Source: Candidatus Altimarinota bacterium (GTDB lineage: Bacteria; Patescibacteriota; Gracilibacteria; UBA4473). Taken from it: DNA of 64,000 nt. Within the stretch, counting starts at the first letter, position 1, and each line of letters opens with the position of its first letter. The notes under the pieces are model-generated. The model worked only from the letters and a program-made list of their open reading frames with translations, searched no databases and was not told the DNA's origin. The stretch is from NCBI GenBank assembly GCA_965231215.1, contig OZ246423.1:160001-224000 (forward strand), in the 5' to 3' direction. A program made the translations under genes and the position numbers. Below, one piece after another: positions 19,379 through 29,408 of this stretch.

Positions 19379-19406
19379 AAAGGTTTAATATTAAAAAGTA
19401 TTTATT

Positions 19407-19583
19407 TTATCCACAAGAGCCTCCTCCACGCCCCATATTTAATGAACCTCCAGGCGCTGGAGCCGAAAAATTTTCCAGAGGCGCTACCTCTTTTAACTGG
19501 GCTTTTACTACCGACATTCTTACGCCGCCTCCAAGAACAACACCAATAGCAAAAGCGAAAACAAAGTAGGTTAAATTTTTCAT
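19407..19583 (-). CDS. Small (58 aa) exported/membrane peptide ending GGGSCG, not in ORF track
   Basis: MKNLTYFVFAFAIGVVLGGGVRMSVVKAQLKEVAPLENFSAPAPGGSLNMGRGGGSCG*; signal-like N-terminus; 28 nt upstream of the DsbA gene on the same strand. Confidence 0.7.
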   Translation of the reverse strand: MKNLTYFVFAFAIGVVLGGGVRMSVVKAQLKEVAPLENFSAPAPGGSLNMGRGGGSCG

Positions 19584-19766
19584 CGAAATCGATTCTAAAA
19601 TTTGAAGTCAAAAAAGCAAAAAAAAAATGATTGCTATAATAAGGAAAATACTCAGAAATAAGAAGTCTAAGAAAAAATAAAAACCGAAGCAAAGTCTACT
19701 TTTAACCTATAGATTTGAGAATATTTTTATGAGGGCACAGAAATCTAAATTTTTCTGGCATTTTCA

Positions 19767-19795
19767 TTGAATTTGAAGGGTTTTTCTGCTATAAT
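19767..19795 (+). promoter_or_regulatory. Sigma70-type promoter
   Basis: TTGAAT-17 nt-TATAAT with extended -10 TG. Confidence 0.65.
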
Positions 19796-19819
19796 GCTCA
19801 GATTCAAATATAAAAATCA

Positions 19820-20395
19820 ATGCAAGAAAAAGAAATTCTGCTTCATCTCGTCGAGTCCCTAGAGGCCGCACGCTCTTCATTAAAAGCTGCTGAAAAATGG
19901 GCAGAAAAGCTTGGTAAAAAGCTTAATGTACCTATTTCTAGCATTGAAAGTGCAGCTCAAGAAATAGAAGCTGTTCATGAAAATGAGGAAGAAAACGGGA
20001 AAGTTATTGAAGGGGTATTTGATGGACAAAATATGATTGATAAGGAAGGCACCACCTATCCAGTACCAGCCAATTACGCTTCTAAATCAAAGTTAGTTGA
20101 AGGCGATAAGCTTAAACTAAATATCGCTGAAAACGGCGCCTTTATTTATAAACAAATTGAGCTCGTACCAAGAGACCTAATGGTAGGACATCTCGTTATT
20201 GATGGCTCGCAGTACCAAGTACTCATAGATAAAAAAGTCTACAATGTTCTCTACGCATCAGTTACCTTTTATCGTGCTAAGGTCGGAGATCAAGTGACTA
20301 TTATTGTTCCACAAGGGGGGAAATCTAAATTTGCCGCTATTGAAAATGTTATTCCACAAAACCTTTCTGAAAAAAGTGAAATAGCATTACTTTAA
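19820..20395 (+). CDS. Conserved hypothetical protein typical of CPR/Patescibacteria
   Basis: IEGVFDGQNM...YPVPANYASKSKLVEGDKLKL...F.YKQI...LYASVTFY; I recall this pattern from CPR genomes; function unknown. Confidence 0.75.
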   Translation: MQEKEILLHLVESLEAARSSLKAAEKWAEKLGKKLNVPISSIESAAQEIEAVHENEEENGKVIEGVFDGQNMIDKEGTTYPVPANYASKSKLVEGDKLKLNIAENGAFIYKQIELVPRDLMVGHLVIDGSQYQVLIDKKVYNVLYASVTFYRAKVGDQVTIIVPQGGKSKFAAIENVIPQNLSEKSEIALL

Positions 20396-20463
20396 GAATG
20401 ATTGAAGCCTGTCACTAAAGTAGTTAGAATGCCGTATGGTAATTTTTAAGTATATTTTTGGTT

Positions 20464-21597
20464 ATGAAAAAGGCACTATTTTTGGTTTTCACACTTTTAT
20501 TGGTAAGTTTGGGCCACACCCACGCCCAACACATAGAAAGATATTCAGATCACGCTATCACCCCAGATTGGGCAAAAACAGCTTTCAATGCGATGTTGGC
20601 TGGTCAAATTATCAGTGGAAACGCTGATGGAACGCTTAAACCAAACCATCCCATAAACCGAGCTGAGCTCTGTAAAATTTTAGTAAAAGCTACTAAAAAA
20701 CCACTCGTAACTCCTACAAAAAACACATTCCCAGATGTCCTTCCAGAACATTGGTTTTACCCATACGTAGAAACCGCTTATAGCTTAGGCTGGATCAAAG
20801 GATACCCAGATGGAACCTTTAAACCAGGAAACAATATCAACCGAGCCGAAGTGGCGAAACTTATAACTAAATCCTTTATTTTAAATGTAGGCATTAGTGA
20901 TAGCAAAGATTGGTACGCCCCTTTCGTAGAATCTTTAGAGACCTATGGCGTTTTACCATTTAACACCAAGGTCTATAACTTTGATCCAAGCCGAACCCCT
21001 ACCCGCGCTGAAATTTTTGAGCAAATCTATCGAACCATTAGAGCCGATAGTAATTTTATAACCGAAAACCAAGGGAACCCTGGACTCATCAAAACCACTC
21101 CAAAAGATCCTTATGAGATAACTGGAAATTTCACCATTAAACTAGCGGTAAGCGAGAACTCTGGATCACTAGATATGAAAAGACCAGAATATCAACCCAG
21201 AAAAATCAGTGTTAACTCTGGAGACAAAAGCCAAAGTGTTTTCCAGCTAGAGTTAGTAGCCCGAAACGCGCCGGTTGAAATTGCAGAAATTCAACTCCGA
21301 AGGATTGGAAATGGAACCATCAAAGACTTTGGACATATGTGGATGGAGATTAATGGAGTCCCAGTCACTGATAAATTCATCGCTCAAGAAGACCTCGTAA
21401 CTTTTCAATTCAGAACCCCTCAGAGCTTTCCCGTAAATCAACTAAGAACTTTAAAGCTCGTATCTGATATTGCTACCAGTGCCAAATCTGGACACTCTCA
21501 TCGATTTGTGCTCTACCTACCCGATTGGCTCAACGCGAATACAAACGAAAAAATTGGGCTTTTCCCCTTTGGGGGATCCGATATTGAGATCAAATAA
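20464..21597 (+). CDS. S-layer homology (SLH) domain protein
   Basis: Signal peptide; ISGNADGTLKPNHPINRAE, IKGYPDGTFKPGNNINRAE, PTRAE; beta-rich C-terminal domain. Confidence 0.88.
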   Translation: MKKALFLVFTLLLVSLGHTHAQHIERYSDHAITPDWAKTAFNAMLAGQIISGNADGTLKPNHPINRAELCKILVKATKKPLVTPTKNTFPDVLPEHWFYPYVETAYSLGWIKGYPDGTFKPGNNINRAEVAKLITKSFILNVGISDSKDWYAPFVESLETYGVLPFNTKVYNFDPSRTPTRAEIFEQIYRTIRADSNFITENQGNPGLIKTTPKDPYEITGNFTIKLAVSENSGSLDMKRPEYQPRKISVNSGDKSQSVFQLELVARNAPVEIAEIQLRRIGNGTIKDFGHMWMEINGVPVTDKFIAQEDLVTFQFRTPQSFPVNQLRTLKLVSDIATSAKSGHSHRFVLYLPDWLNANTNEKIGLFPFGGSDIEIK

Positions 21598-21814
21598 TTA
21601 CGAAATATTCACGCTATGTTAAGTTTGGTTTTGACCTCTCAAACTGTAGAGAAACCCCATTTCTCTATGATTTCAAGTAAAAACTAACATCCCCCAAAGT
21701 TTTCATAAAACATAGTTTTATTAAGAAAACGAGTGTAAAAATACACATTTGGTTTCGCATTTGGCAGGGTTTGTTAGTACAATAAAAACGTCCTTCAAAT
21801 ATAAAAATCAATCA

Positions 21815-23092
21815 ATGTCAGCACTAAAAAAAGTACTTATGCTTGGCTGGGAATATCCTCCACTTTTCTCAGGAGGTTTAGGGATTGTCACCAGGAATTT
21901 AGCAAAGGCCTTGGTCTCTAGAAATGCGGACATTACGCTCGTACTGCCACAGTTTATTACTCGTGAAATTATGGCTTCACATTTTGATCCAGGCGTACCA
22001 CTACTCACCTTTAAAGATCAAACTCACTATGAAAATACAGTAAAGTTAATGCCAGTAGATACTTTACTCTATTCACCCTATCTCGATCAGCACAGTTATA
22101 GAGATTTAATTCAGAGTATTAATTCAAGTACTCAAAAAGAAGCCAAAAAAAGAGACCTCACTGTCTATGGGGAAAACCTCTGGCAAGAAATTGAAAGATT
22201 TGCAGCAGAAGTTGTGGCCCTGACTCAAGGTCAAGGGTTTGAACTTGTTCATGCTCATGACTGGATTACAGCCGAAGCGGCCATACAGCTAAAACTACAA
22301 AGAGGACTCCCTTATATTCTACAAATCCATGCCACAGAGGTAGACCGAACCGGCAACATGAATCCTTCTGGTGAAGTCTTTGAAAGAGAAAAGTATGCAA
22401 TGGAGCTAGCAGATGAAATTATTACGGTAAGCCTCTATACCAAGAAAATTTTGGTAGATATATATGGTATACCCTCTGATAAAATCACGGTAGTCTATAA
22501 CGCTTATGAAGCTAAAACCCCTACCCCTGAATATATAAAGGCCCGTCAATTCCCAAAAGACAAATCTGAATTCTGGGTACTCTTTATTGGTCGAGTAACC
22601 CTTCAAAAAGGACCTGAATACTTTATAGATACGGCCAAAAAAGTCGTACCACATAATTCCAAAATACATTTCCATATAGCCGGAGACGGTGACATGATGC
22701 CTCAAATAGAACGCATGATTGATGAGGCCGGCATAAGAGATAATGTCCATTGTCATGGGTTTCTTCCTCCAGCCAAAAGAGATGCCTTGTATATGCTTGC
22801 GGACGCTTGCATTATTCCATCGGTTTCAGAACCTTTCGGACTTACCGCCATTGAAGTAATTGATAACTGTACCCCACTCATCATTTCAAAAAACTGTGGA
22901 GCCAATGAGATTATTGGACATAAGCTTGAAGTAGATTTTTGGGATTCAGAAAAAATGGCAGAATACGTATTAGCCCTTCAACGCTATCCAGAACTCAGAA
23001 GAACCCTTCGTGAAAAAGCGATGTCAAATCGATCCCGCATCACGTGGGAGGCTCAAGCGGCTAAAGTGATGGAACTCTACCAATCAATCTAA
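21815..23092 (+). CDS. GT4 glycosyltransferase (glycogen/starch synthase-like)
   Basis: MLGWEYPP..SGGLG, HAHDW, HATE.DR, PSVSEPFGL; start at ATG 21815. Confidence 0.9.
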   Translation: MSALKKVLMLGWEYPPLFSGGLGIVTRNLAKALVSRNADITLVLPQFITREIMASHFDPGVPLLTFKDQTHYENTVKLMPVDTLLYSPYLDQHSYRDLIQSINSSTQKEAKKRDLTVYGENLWQEIERFAAEVVALTQGQGFELVHAHDWITAEAAIQLKLQRGLPYILQIHATEVDRTGNMNPSGEVFEREKYAMELADEIITVSLYTKKILVDIYGIPSDKITVVYNAYEAKTPTPEYIKARQFPKDKSEFWVLFIGRVTLQKGPEYFIDTAKKVVPHNSKIHFHIAGDGDMMPQIERMIDEAGIRDNVHCHGFLPPAKRDALYMLADACIIPSVSEPFGLTAIEVIDNCTPLIISKNCGANEIIGHKLEVDFWDSEKMAEYVLALQRYPELRRTLREKAMSNRSRITWEAQAAKVMELYQSI

Positions 23093-23102
23093 TTTACACT
23101 CT

Positions 23103-24389
23103 ATGGCACAATCAATCTGTTTCTATTTTCAAGTTCATCAACCCTACCGGATACGTGAACACTCTCTCCGGTATCAACCCGAAAATCATAAATACTTTCA
23201 AGGGGTAAAGCCTCAGTCCAATGAAGAAATTTTTAATAAAGTGAGCCAAAAGTGCTATATCCCTACAACCGCTTTACTCTGGGATTTATGTGAAAATCAC
23301 CCAGATTTTCACTGCGCTTTCTCCCTTTCTGGAGTATTTGTAGACCAGTGTGAAGAGTTTAACCCCATAGGGGATGAAGTGCTTAAAAATTTCAAAGGAT
23401 TAGCCAAAACCGGTAAGGTAGAATTCTTGGCAGAAACTTACTATCATTCTCTTTCATTTCTCTTTTCTAAACTTGATTTTGCCGAACAAGTAACGGCTCA
23501 AAGAGCCCTAATGAAAAAACACTTCAACCAAAATCCTGAAGTGTTTAGAAATACAGAGCTTATCTACCGGGATGATCTCGGGGAATTTATTCGAATTATG
23601 GGATTTAAAGGAGTTACTGCTGAAGGATGGGGCAACAATCTTCCTGATAACAACCCCAATTATGTACGACATAATCACTCAATAGAACTTGGAAAAGACG
23701 ATTTTGATGTCGCCCATAAATACCGAATCAACAAACGCAAAAAACCAAACACTCATATCAAAATTCTGACCAAAAATTATAAGTTATCTGATGACATTGC
23801 CTTCCGTTTTGGTGATGCCGCTAGATCAGATCTTCCGCTTACGGTAGAAACTTTTGCCGAGTGGATCATTGACTCCCCAGGCGATACCATAAATTTGTTT
23901 ATGGACTTTGAAACCTTTGGAGAACATCAGTGGGAAGATACCGGTATCTTTGAATTTTTAAGACACTTACCACGGGCCTGTGCCGATAGAGGTATTACCT
24001 TTAGAACTCCAAGCCAAACTATAGACCACTTTGAAGCTGTACATCATTATCAAGCGATTGAGTTTGTCTCTTGGGCTGATGAAGAAAGAGATATCTCTGC
24101 CTGGCTTGAAAATGATATGCAGAGGAACGCGTTTAACGAACTAAAAAAAATTGAAGCTAAACTTTTCCACCATAGAGGCACTCCGAATAAAGACCTTCAA
24201 CAAATCTGGATAGATTTTAGAAGACTCCAAACTTCAGACCACCTTTATTACATGTCTACTAAGTTTTGGGCCGATGGAGATGTGCATACTTATTTCTCTC
24301 CCTATGAAAATCCTTATGATGCTTACATTAACTTTATGAATACCCTCAAACATCTTGAATGGCGAATAGGGGTAATCACTACTCCGTAA
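23103..24389 (+). CDS. Glycoside hydrolase family 57 (alpha-amylase-like)
   Basis: FQVHQPYR, ETYYHSL, FRNTELIY, LSDDIAFRF, DFETFGEHQW, LQTSDHLYYM. Confidence 0.93.
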   Translation: MAQSICFYFQVHQPYRIREHSLRYQPENHKYFQGVKPQSNEEIFNKVSQKCYIPTTALLWDLCENHPDFHCAFSLSGVFVDQCEEFNPIGDEVLKNFKGLAKTGKVEFLAETYYHSLSFLFSKLDFAEQVTAQRALMKKHFNQNPEVFRNTELIYRDDLGEFIRIMGFKGVTAEGWGNNLPDNNPNYVRHNHSIELGKDDFDVAHKYRINKRKKPNTHIKILTKNYKLSDDIAFRFGDAARSDLPLTVETFAEWIIDSPGDTINLFMDFETFGEHQWEDTGIFEFLRHLPRACADRGITFRTPSQTIDHFEAVHHYQAIEFVSWADEERDISAWLENDMQRNAFNELKKIEAKLFHHRGTPNKDLQQIWIDFRRLQTSDHLYYMSTKFWADGDVHTYFSPYENPYDAYINFMNTLKHLEWRIGVITTP

Positions 24390-24451
24390 CAAAGGTGCAT
24401 ATAGTACAAAAAACATCTATAATTTATTTAAATATTCTCTTCTTTTAATAA

Positions 24452-26434
24452 ATGCCACAATCCTTGGTTGTTTCTAACGGAAATATGCTCGTCAACTTTG
24501 ATAAGCATCTTCAAATGCGTGATTTTTTCTATCCATTCGTAGGACAAGAAAATCACTCTGCTTTTGGAAAAGCTCATCGAGTTGGGTTATGGGTAAATGG
24601 CCAATTTTCTTGGCTATCGGATGGGAGTTGGGAATTTGAGATCAAATATCATGAAGGCAGTTTAGTTGGTTTTTCTACCGCTATTAACCACAACCTTCAA
24701 GTAGAATTATGCTTTGAGGACTTTGTTTATACCACCCACGATATTTTATTTAGAAAAATTACTATCAAAAATTTAGCTGAATCAGAAAGAGATTTTCGAA
24801 TCTTTTTTAACCAAGATTTTTATATTTACGGAGATAAAAAAGAAGACACCGCCCAATACGAACCTTCGCTTAATGCCATTCTTCACTACCGAATGAAGCG
24901 CTACTTTTTGGTGAATGGTCAATGGGATCACTGCCATGAATGTATTGCTGATTTTACTACTGGAAAATCAAACTATGGTGACCGAGAAGGCACCTGGAGA
25001 GACGCTGAAGATGGACATCTACACAAAAACCCTATTGAACAAGGATCAGTAGATTCAACCATTGGGTTTCATCAGATTATCAATCCCAAAAAACCACGAG
25101 TTTTATACTACTGGATTTCGGCTGGAACCAATTATGGTGATGTTATCCGAAACAATAATCGCGTAATGAATCTCGGCCCAGAAAAAATATTCCAACATAC
25201 CTTAGGTTACTGGAAACAATGGGCGACCAAACATGAATTCAAGCTTAAAGGCGTGACCAAACCCATAAAAAAATGTTGGTATCAAAGTCTGCTTTTGATG
25301 CGGTCTCAAATAGATAATCGTGGAGCCATTATTGCTTCCACTGATTCTGATATTATGAAATTCAATAAAGACACCTATAGCTATATGTGGCCAAGAGACG
25401 GAGCGCTCGTTTCTATGGCGTTATCTGAAGCTGGCTATTATGAACCCGTAAAACAATTTTTGGGGTTTTGTCAAAGAATCATAACTCCCGAAGGATACGT
25501 ACAACACAAGTTTACTCCTGATGGTTCATTAGGCTCTTCTTGGCATCCAAAATGGAGGGGCGGAAAAGCCCAAATCCCTATCCAAGAAGATGAATCCGCT
25601 TTGCTTTTAGTTTCGCTATGGAAACTCTACGAAGAATCCAAATCCATCGAAATTGTCCAAAAACTTTTCAATCCGATGGTTCTTAAAATCGGTAGGTTCT
25701 TAATGCAATACAAAGACACAGAAACGGGACTCCCAAAACCCAGCTACGATCTTTGGGAGGAACAATACGGAGTCTTTAGTTACACTTGTGCTACCGTTTA
25801 TGCCGGACTCAAAGCAGCCGAAAATTTATCTCAAGCCACCGGACATCATGAAGATGAAGTCATTTTTCGTGAAGCCGCTAAAAAGATGAAAAAAAGCATT
25901 TTAGACCATATGTATTCAGCGACTGATAAACGATTCGTAAAAAAACTCTATTACGAAGAAGGTGAAGTTAGGCTCGATCCAACCGTAGATTCAAGTGTCG
26001 CTTTTATCTGGGAATTAGGATTACTCCCTCCAAATGATCCGCGAGTAGTCAACACCATGAAAGCCATTGAAGAGCACTTAAAAGTACACACAGAAGTAGG
26101 GGGAATTGCCAGATATGAAGGAGACTTCTATCACCGAAATTGGGATTATGAATATTCGGCCAAAGTTCCAGGAAATCCCTGGATTATCACGAGCCTTTGG
26201 GTGGCTAACTGGAAGCTCGCTTTAGCTGAAAAAACTTCAGACCTACATGAAGTAAAAGAAACCCTGAATTGGGTAGTAGAAAAAGGAAGCCTGGCCCATA
26301 TTCTACCAGAGCAGATGGATCCGTTTACGGGCGAACCACTCTCAGTCGCTCCCCTCACCTGGAGTCATGCTACTTTCGTAGATACCGTAATTCGGTACAC
26401 TAAAAAGTGCCAGGAAATTAAATCAAAAAAATGA
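24452..26434 (+). CDS. Glycoside hydrolase family 15 (glucoamylase-like)
   Basis: YSYMWPRDG, QEDE, DLWEE, GIARYEGD, LPEQ, PLTWSHA. Confidence 0.93.
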   Translation: MPQSLVVSNGNMLVNFDKHLQMRDFFYPFVGQENHSAFGKAHRVGLWVNGQFSWLSDGSWEFEIKYHEGSLVGFSTAINHNLQVELCFEDFVYTTHDILFRKITIKNLAESERDFRIFFNQDFYIYGDKKEDTAQYEPSLNAILHYRMKRYFLVNGQWDHCHECIADFTTGKSNYGDREGTWRDAEDGHLHKNPIEQGSVDSTIGFHQIINPKKPRVLYYWISAGTNYGDVIRNNNRVMNLGPEKIFQHTLGYWKQWATKHEFKLKGVTKPIKKCWYQSLLLMRSQIDNRGAIIASTDSDIMKFNKDTYSYMWPRDGALVSMALSEAGYYEPVKQFLGFCQRIITPEGYVQHKFTPDGSLGSSWHPKWRGGKAQIPIQEDESALLLVSLWKLYEESKSIEIVQKLFNPMVLKIGRFLMQYKDTETGLPKPSYDLWEEQYGVFSYTCATVYAGLKAAENLSQATGHHEDEVIFREAAKKMKKSILDHMYSATDKRFVKKLYYEEGEVRLDPTVDSSVAFIWELGLLPPNDPRVVNTMKAIEEHLKVHTEVGGIARYEGDFYHRNWDYEYSAKVPGNPWIITSLWVANWKLALAEKTSDLHEVKETLNWVVEKGSLAHILPEQMDPFTGEPLSVAPLTWSHATFVDTVIRYTKKCQEIKSKK

Positions 26435-27276
26435 ATGTTCTAGGTATTGATATTGGAGGCACTAAAATCTTTGTAGGGCGGTATAATCAAAACTTGGAAT
26501 TAGAAGCTCAAACTATACACCTAACAGAAGCTGATAAAGGGAAAGATGCTATCTTACAAAATTTAACCCAAGCCATAAATGAGGTACAAAATGACCAGAC
26601 TCAATGTATAGGCATTTCTTGGGCCGGATTTGTTGATACCAAAAAAGGCATTATTGAAAAAGCCCCTAATATCCCCGCTTTAAATTATTTTGAGCTACCC
26701 ACTTATCTTGAAAAAACTACTGGTTGTTCAGCCGTTATTGGTAATGATGCTCGACTTTTTGCCTTTGGAGAAGCCAAAACACAAACCCCAACCCCTGATG
26801 TTTTACTAGGCATCATTATTGGTACTGGCGTTGGAAGCGGGCTTATATTAGAGGGAAAAATATTCAAAGGCGCTCACAACTTTGCCGGAGAGATTGGGCA
26901 TGAACGTCTAGGAGGTGAAGAGATTGAAACCCTTATTGCCGGTCCAGGACTACAAAAATTTTTAGGCCTGAATCGTTTGAGTGAAATTGACGTCTCTATC
27001 GAAACTGAAAAAGAAAAAATATTGAAAAAAATTGACCTACAATTTCAAACACTCTGCCAGTGGCTCGCCAATATCTGCTTGGCCTTTGATCCAAAAGAAA
27101 TTGTTATTGGTGGAGGGGCTGGACTTCATTTTTGGAACCATTTTGAAACAGAAATCATCGAAAATACTAATAAAAAGTTAAAAGGATACCCCCTCAAACT
27201 TAACCTTAGATTTTCTAAACTTGAAAATGCTGGCGCTATTGGTGCCGCAAGTTTAGCTTGGGAAAAAGCGAGTTAG
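26431..27276 (+). CDS. ROK family sugar kinase (glucokinase-like)
   Basis: GIDIGGTK, NDAR, GTGVGSG, AGEIGH; overlaps the GH15 stop (ATGA); lacks the Cys-rich Zn motif. Confidence 0.9.
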   Translation: MNVLGIDIGGTKIFVGRYNQNLELEAQTIHLTEADKGKDAILQNLTQAINEVQNDQTQCIGISWAGFVDTKKGIIEKAPNIPALNYFELPTYLEKTTGCSAVIGNDARLFAFGEAKTQTPTPDVLLGIIIGTGVGSGLILEGKIFKGAHNFAGEIGHERLGGEEIETLIAGPGLQKFLGLNRLSEIDVSIETEKEKILKKIDLQFQTLCQWLANICLAFDPKEIVIGGGAGLHFWNHFETEIIENTNKKLKGYPLKLNLRFSKLENAGAIGAASLAWEKAS

Positions 27277-27331
27277 AGTATTGACATTTTTACAAAAATA
27301 TTTAAAAAATATTTTGAGTATCTAGGTTTAA

Positions 27332-28438
27332 ATGTCTTTTTTATTTTTCCGTAAACAATCGCAAGAGGCGCCTGAAATAGGCGAAACTGCAGCCTCCAAA
27401 AATCCAGATTTGAATCGAAGACGCTTTTTAATAGGAACCTCCCTCCTGGTTCTAAGTAATACTACAAGCTCTAAAGTTTTTCAAACAATTGCCGGAATCT
27501 CTGAAGCCAGCGCACAAGGAATCCAAGAAGATTTAAATTCGCCAATTCAACATCCAAGAGATCATGTGGAAATCAACGGTAATATCATTGTAGACCAAAT
27601 AGTTACACGAATGAACCAAGACCTAAAAATTGAGGATCAAGCTACGCACGATCGACTTATGGGTCAGTGTACTTACAGTGCAAGAGTTCCTTCCAATGGG
27701 GAAGCACAGTATATCTATGATCACTTTAAGTCTGAAGTAGATCAAATTATGGCTAAATGCCGCAGCGGACAATCAGGGCTACTTTTGGATGGACTTAATA
27801 GAAACCTTTATGTGATTAAAAAAACTGCTGAAGGCAAAATGGCCTTTACTAGAGCTTATTGGGTTACTGTTGGAGCAGGACTTTTTAATCCAGCTAATAG
27901 AAAACATACCCCAACCGGACTTAAAGAGGTCTGGACTCAGCGGGGTGGAACAAAAAAAGTTAAAGGAAATGCTGACACTGGTTTTCCATCAGTGAGCACC
28001 TTAGGAAGAACCGTTTACTGGAAATTAATTAAAAAAGAAGGAACAAGACAACATGCTGTATTTCCTAATCCTGGAAGTGCCAGTATGACCACCGTAGCAT
28101 GTGGATTTCATGATCCACATAACCCTGTTTGGGATGAATTTTTTGCTTTTCATGGAACAGATCGCGAGGTTTATGTAAATCAACCAGACAATCCAACAGG
28201 TATGGGAGATGGTCGAAGTGGGGGATGTGTAAGAATGTGTAACGCTGACATCCTAGAACTGATTGAACTTCTAGCCCAAGGGAGAACAAACAGCGTAGGT
28301 ACACCATTCTATATTGCTCATAAAACAGTAGAAAATTACACTCGATCGCAATATCAATTTACCATTTTAGGAAGCCCAGACAGAATAACTGTAAAAAGAG
28401 AAAATTTGCAAACACTTAGAGAAAGAGGCTGGTCATAG
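27332..28438 (+). CDS. L,D-transpeptidase (YkuD) family protein with twin-arginine-like motif
   Basis: TPTG, FAFHGT...GDGRSGGCVRM catalytic His/Cys motif; LNRRRFL near the N-terminus. Confidence 0.8.
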   Translation: MSFLFFRKQSQEAPEIGETAASKNPDLNRRRFLIGTSLLVLSNTTSSKVFQTIAGISEASAQGIQEDLNSPIQHPRDHVEINGNIIVDQIVTRMNQDLKIEDQATHDRLMGQCTYSARVPSNGEAQYIYDHFKSEVDQIMAKCRSGQSGLLLDGLNRNLYVIKKTAEGKMAFTRAYWVTVGAGLFNPANRKHTPTGLKEVWTQRGGTKKVKGNADTGFPSVSTLGRTVYWKLIKKEGTRQHAVFPNPGSASMTTVACGFHDPHNPVWDEFFAFHGTDREVYVNQPDNPTGMGDGRSGGCVRMCNADILELIELLAQGRTNSVGTPFYIAHKTVENYTRSQYQFTILGSPDRITVKRENLQTLRERGWS

Positions 28439-28439
28439 A

Positions 28440-28643
28440 TTATTTATTGTAATAATCAATCAATAAATAAGAACCCACTAAAATTAATACCAGTGGCCAA
28501 TTTTGTTCTAGATTTATAAAATTCCACAAACTCCATTCTGGAAAATAGTTTTTTAGCCAAAAGTAGAGCCCTACAAAAAACATAGAGAATCCTACAACAG
28601 CCTTCGTACTTAAATTTTTTTGAAAGAGTTTCATCAAAACCAT
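28440..28643 (-). CDS. Small two-TM membrane protein (LiaI/LiaF/DUF5668-like)
   Basis: G..LFFVGLYFWL.N...NWPLVLILVGSYLL. Confidence 0.6.
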   Translation of the reverse strand: MVLMKLFQKNLSTKAVVGFSMFFVGLYFWLKNYFPEWSLWNFINLEQNWPLVLILVGSYLLIDYYNK

Positions 28644-28674
28644 TATAAATAAAAAGCAGTCATATAAAAATTAT

Positions 28675-28702
28675 TTGACGCCCCTAAACTTTTTCATAGA
28701 AT
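28675..28702 (+). promoter_or_regulatory. Promoter of tRNA-Asp
   Basis: TTGACG-16 nt-TAGAAT, 15 nt upstream of the tRNA. Confidence 0.65.
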
Positions 28703-28717
28703 CTTCTGGCTACGGGA

Positions 28718-28794
28718 GGGATCGTAGCTCAATTGGTTAGAGCACCTGCCTGTCACGCAGGAGGCTGCGGGTTCGAGTCCCGTCGGTCCCGCCA
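28718..28794 (+). tRNA. tRNA-Asp(GTC)
   Basis: GGGATCG/CGGTCCC-G-CCA acceptor, CCTGC-CT-GTC-AC-GCAGG anticodon arm, GGTTCGAGTCC. Confidence 0.97.
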
Positions 28795-28797
28795 GAT

Positions 28798-28826
28798 AAA
28801 AGAAACTTCAAAATGAGGTTTTTTTT
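28798..28826. terminator. Probable bidirectional terminator between tRNA-Asp and purE
   Basis: AAAAGAAACTTCA-AAA-TGAGGTTTTTTTT. Confidence 0.55.
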
Positions 28827-29301
28827 ATATATTCTTGGCATCTTCAAGAATCTTCTGTTCCATCCTGGATTTATATTCAGCAAGTTTTTTAGAAACGGTT
28901 TCATCACTGGTAGCTATGATTTGTGCCGCTAAAATCCCTGCGTTTTTGGCTCCATCGATAGCCACCGTAGCCACCGGAACGCCTCCTGGCATCTGCACAA
29001 TAGAGAGCAAAGAGTCTATTCCCTCAATAGAATTACGAGATTTAACGGGGACTCCAATAACCGGCAAGGTAGTAAAAGACGCCGTCATACCTGGTAGGTG
29101 TGCAGCGCCTCCAGCTCCGGCAATAATCACTTTGAGTCCCCTTTTTTTAGCAGTCTTTCCATACTCAGCCATTCGGTCTGGAGTTCTATGAGCCGAAACT
29201 ATTTCTATTTCATACTCAACCCCTAGTTCCTCCAAGATATCAGCCCCTTCCTGCATAACTGGAAGATCTGACTTCGATCCCATAATAATTCCAACACTCA
29301 T
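28825..29301 (-). CDS. purE: N5-CAIR mutase
   Basis: [43 protein letters not shown]. Confidence 0.97.
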   Translation of the reverse strand: MSVGIIMGSKSDLPVMQEGADILEELGVEYEIEIVSAHRTPDRMAEYGKTAKKRGLKVIIAGAGGAAHLPGMTASFTTLPVIGVPVKSRNSIEGIDSLLSIVQMPGGVPVATVAIDGAKNAGILAAQIIATSDETVSKKLAEYKSRMEQKILEDAKNI

Positions 29302-29408
29302 ATTGTTTAGTTAAGTGTTTCTTTTATAGATTAAAATCCTCGTTATGACAAATCCCCCTTAAAAAATTTTTCTCTATGGGGTTTTCTAAAAGCAAAAAAT
29401 GAACTAAT

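Noticed and set aside
19402-19692. 96-aa minus-strand ORF in the track
   Set aside because: Implausible composition and non-ATG start; the overlapping frame 19407-19583 gives a coherent signal-bearing peptide.
19820-20395. Ribosomal protein L7/L12 label sometimes attached to this family
   Set aside because: It lacks L7/L12 motifs; kept as a conserved hypothetical protein.
14361-28794. tRNA-anchored genomic island or prophage
   Set aside because: No integrase, no duplicated tRNA 3' end (att) noticed, and flanking genes are housekeeping.
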